Assembly: GCA_012295275.1 (NCBI GenBank)
Contig: CM022669.1
Location: forward strand, 18,848,001 to 18,912,000
Direction: 5' to 3'
DNA length: 64,000 nt
Source of the DNA: Chrysomallon squamiferum
Taxonomy: Eukaryota > Animalia > Mollusca
The notes beneath the pieces were generated by a model. It searched no databases and was not told where the DNA came from. It was given only the letters and a program-made list of their open reading frames with translations. Below are positions 61,775-64,000 of this stretch, piece by piece. Both the position numbers and the translations under genes were made by a program. Position 1 is the stretch's first letter, and each line of letters begins with the position of its first letter.

Positions 61775-62420
61775 GTAAGTTGTCACAACACACACAAACA
61801 CAACAAACTTTACGTGTTAGAGTTTGTTTTATATTTTTTGTTATACTTTATTATTTTCTTTCAGCTTTATAGACAGGATACCGCAGGTAAGTTGTCACGA
61901 CAAACAAAGACTACAAACGTTACGTGTTACAGTTAGTGATATTTTTTGTTATACTTTATTATTATTATGATTTTTTCACATCATCATAGACAGCGTCCCG
62001 CGGGTACATTTGTCGTAACAGTTTAAAACAAACAACACAATAAACTTTTGTGTTTGAGAGTGTGGTAGTTTTTTCACAAAATACAATGAAACAAAACATA
62101 AGTTGTATCAGAACTAGTTATGTTTTTATGGGGTTTTTTTTGTTTTTTTTTTTTTTTCAGTTTCACAGCTAGTATCCGTCAGGTAAATTTTTCTGAAAGT
62201 TTAAAAATAAACAATTAAATTATACAACAAACTTTAAGTGTTAGAGCGTCTTGTAGTTTTACAAAAGATAAGTAAAACAACCTGTGTATCAGACTTTGCG
62301 ATATTTTTGTATTTTATTACTTTTCATTTTCACATTTTTAACCCGCAAGTAAGTGGTCGTAACAGTTTGAAAAAACCCAACAGTTACATAAACTTTATGT
62401 GTTAAAACACGTGATTCTAC
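61748..62420 (+). repeat. Degenerate tandem array (5 units, 112-179 bp) of the exon end, splice donor and intron start
   Basis: ccgcag|gtaagt (61775), ccgcag|gtaagt (61887), ccgcgg|gtacat (62004), cgtcag|gtaaat (62183), ccgcaa|gtaagt (62349). Each is followed by an aaac(t/g)tt..gtgtt-like segment. Confidence 0.9.
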
Positions 62421-62549
62421 AACGTATAACAACAACAACAACAACAATAATAATAATAATAATAATAAAAAACCTTCTTGTATTAGAGCGTATTATTATT
62501 TTTATTCTTTCCTATTTTTCTTTCTTATTTTTGTTTAATATATATATCT

Positions 62550-62700
62550 ATATAGATACGTACATACGTACATATGTTCATACATACATACATACATACA
62601 TACATACATACATACATACATACATACATACATACATACATACATACATACATACATACATACATACATACATAAATACATACATACATACATACATATA
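62550..62700. repeat. (TACA)n microsatellite
   Basis: Directly visible. Confidence 0.95.
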
Positions 62701-62864
62701 ATGTACAGAGCGACAAAACATTGTCCGAAATTCAAAAGTACAAAAAACCTGTAAGATCCTTTTTATTTTAAACAACAAGTTAAAAGTTTGAAAACAAAAA
62801 AGATGACGTACGTTAATTGTATGTTACGTAACTTGTATTTGATTAAAGGGTTACTGGTTTAGAG

Positions 62865-63319
62865 CAGGGGTGTACAAACTGCAGCCGTGGGAAGGATGTC
62901 GCCTCATCACATTTAACGTCTCATTTGAAACAAAACCAGGCTGCGTGTCAGTATAAACACTCGTACCCCATGAATGTCCTATGACTGTTACATACCGTAC
63001 ACAACAAAGCGTCCAGAATTCACTTTTAGATCCATAAGTTTTAAAGTTGTTATTTAATAAAAAAAAAAAAAATAAATAATATTAATAATTGTTATATTTT
63101 GACTTTAATTAGAATTATAGAGGGTTGAAGTCAATGGTAATGGAAACATGTAAACGAACCCATTATTTATATGCAGCATTTTAAGTCACAGAGATTCTGG
63201 AAAATTCTGGAAAATCATATACGTTACGCTTTCAGATTTTACGTAAAATATGTGCGGCCGTGGTGCCAGTGAAGTTAAAGCTCTGCAGCCTCTAAGATCA
63301 GAAAGTTTGCGCACCTCTG
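62865..63319. mobile_element. Non-autonomous hAT (Charlie-type) DNA transposon / MITE, 455 bp, in the receptor intron
   Basis: TIRs CAGGGGTGTACAAACT and AGTTTGCGCACCTCTG (13/16 match). Perfect 8-bp TSD GTTTAGAG at 62857-62864 and 63320-63327. Confidence 0.93.
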
Positions 63320-64000
63320 GTTTAGAGAGAAGTAGACATTACGTCTTACTACTTTACTTAGAAGATGAAAAGTTGATACACTGTAAAGAGATTACAAATA
63401 TTACAGCTTGTCGGTTATGTGCAAATTATTAACTTAGTGTGTTTGTCTGTGCATGAAAACATTTGGTTTTTATTTGATAATTCTTGTAGGTGAGTACGAT
63501 TAGCTTTCATAAAAGTTTCTACGTGAAACATCCAAATTAAATTTACTTAATATATTCATGTGAAAATCTGAGTTTGGTATTATTAGCACAATGTTCATTA
63601 AAGCGTTTTTTTATTAAGAATTAGAAACTTATGTTTTAACCATAGACATACATTTGTTTTAGTTTTATTCGAAACCTAGAAAGCAATTTGTTTATGTAGA
63701 ATATTCTGGTGCCACAAACGACAAAACGCACATCGTAATTTTTTTAAAATAAGACTATAAAATACATCAGTAAAAACCCACAAACACTAAAAAATGATGA
63801 TTAATAATTGAAAATGAAATTTTTATTTAAATGCTCTTCATATTAGTATTTATTAAAACTTACGACAAAATATATTTCGATATATATTTTTCAGACTAAA
63901 GACTCAAGACAAAGGTTTAATGAGCATGAAAAGAAATATGTAATTATGAATCGCGGTTTAATATAAATGATAAATATACTTTAAAAGAATTTAGAAACCC

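Overview
Eukaryotic, very AT-rich animal DNA, most likely a gastropod mollusc judging from the SINE and receptor sequences (inference). Bases 1-8000 are a compact housekeeping block. It holds the 3' nine coding exons of the proteasome ATPase PSMC3/Rpt5 (+), converging on a complete 7-exon nicotinamide riboside kinase gene (-). The kinase start codon lies 42 nt downstream of an intronless 93-aa ORF, a candidate bicistronic mRNA. Next is a 5-exon, highly diverged GnRH/AKH-receptor-family GPCR (-, about 10.5-12.9 kb) that has lost the DRY and NPxxY motifs. It lies head-to-head, across about 48 kb of microsatellite-rich non-coding DNA, with the first coding exon of a canonical GnRH/AKH-type receptor (+, 61238). 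The non-coding interval contains four mutually unrelated inverted-repeat pairs with 2-4 kb spacers, SINE and probable LINE relics, and promoter-like motif clusters. The intron after the canonical receptor exon begins with a tandem array of copies of the exon end and its splice donor, followed by an intact hAT MITE. All exon models were read by eye and have no transcript support.
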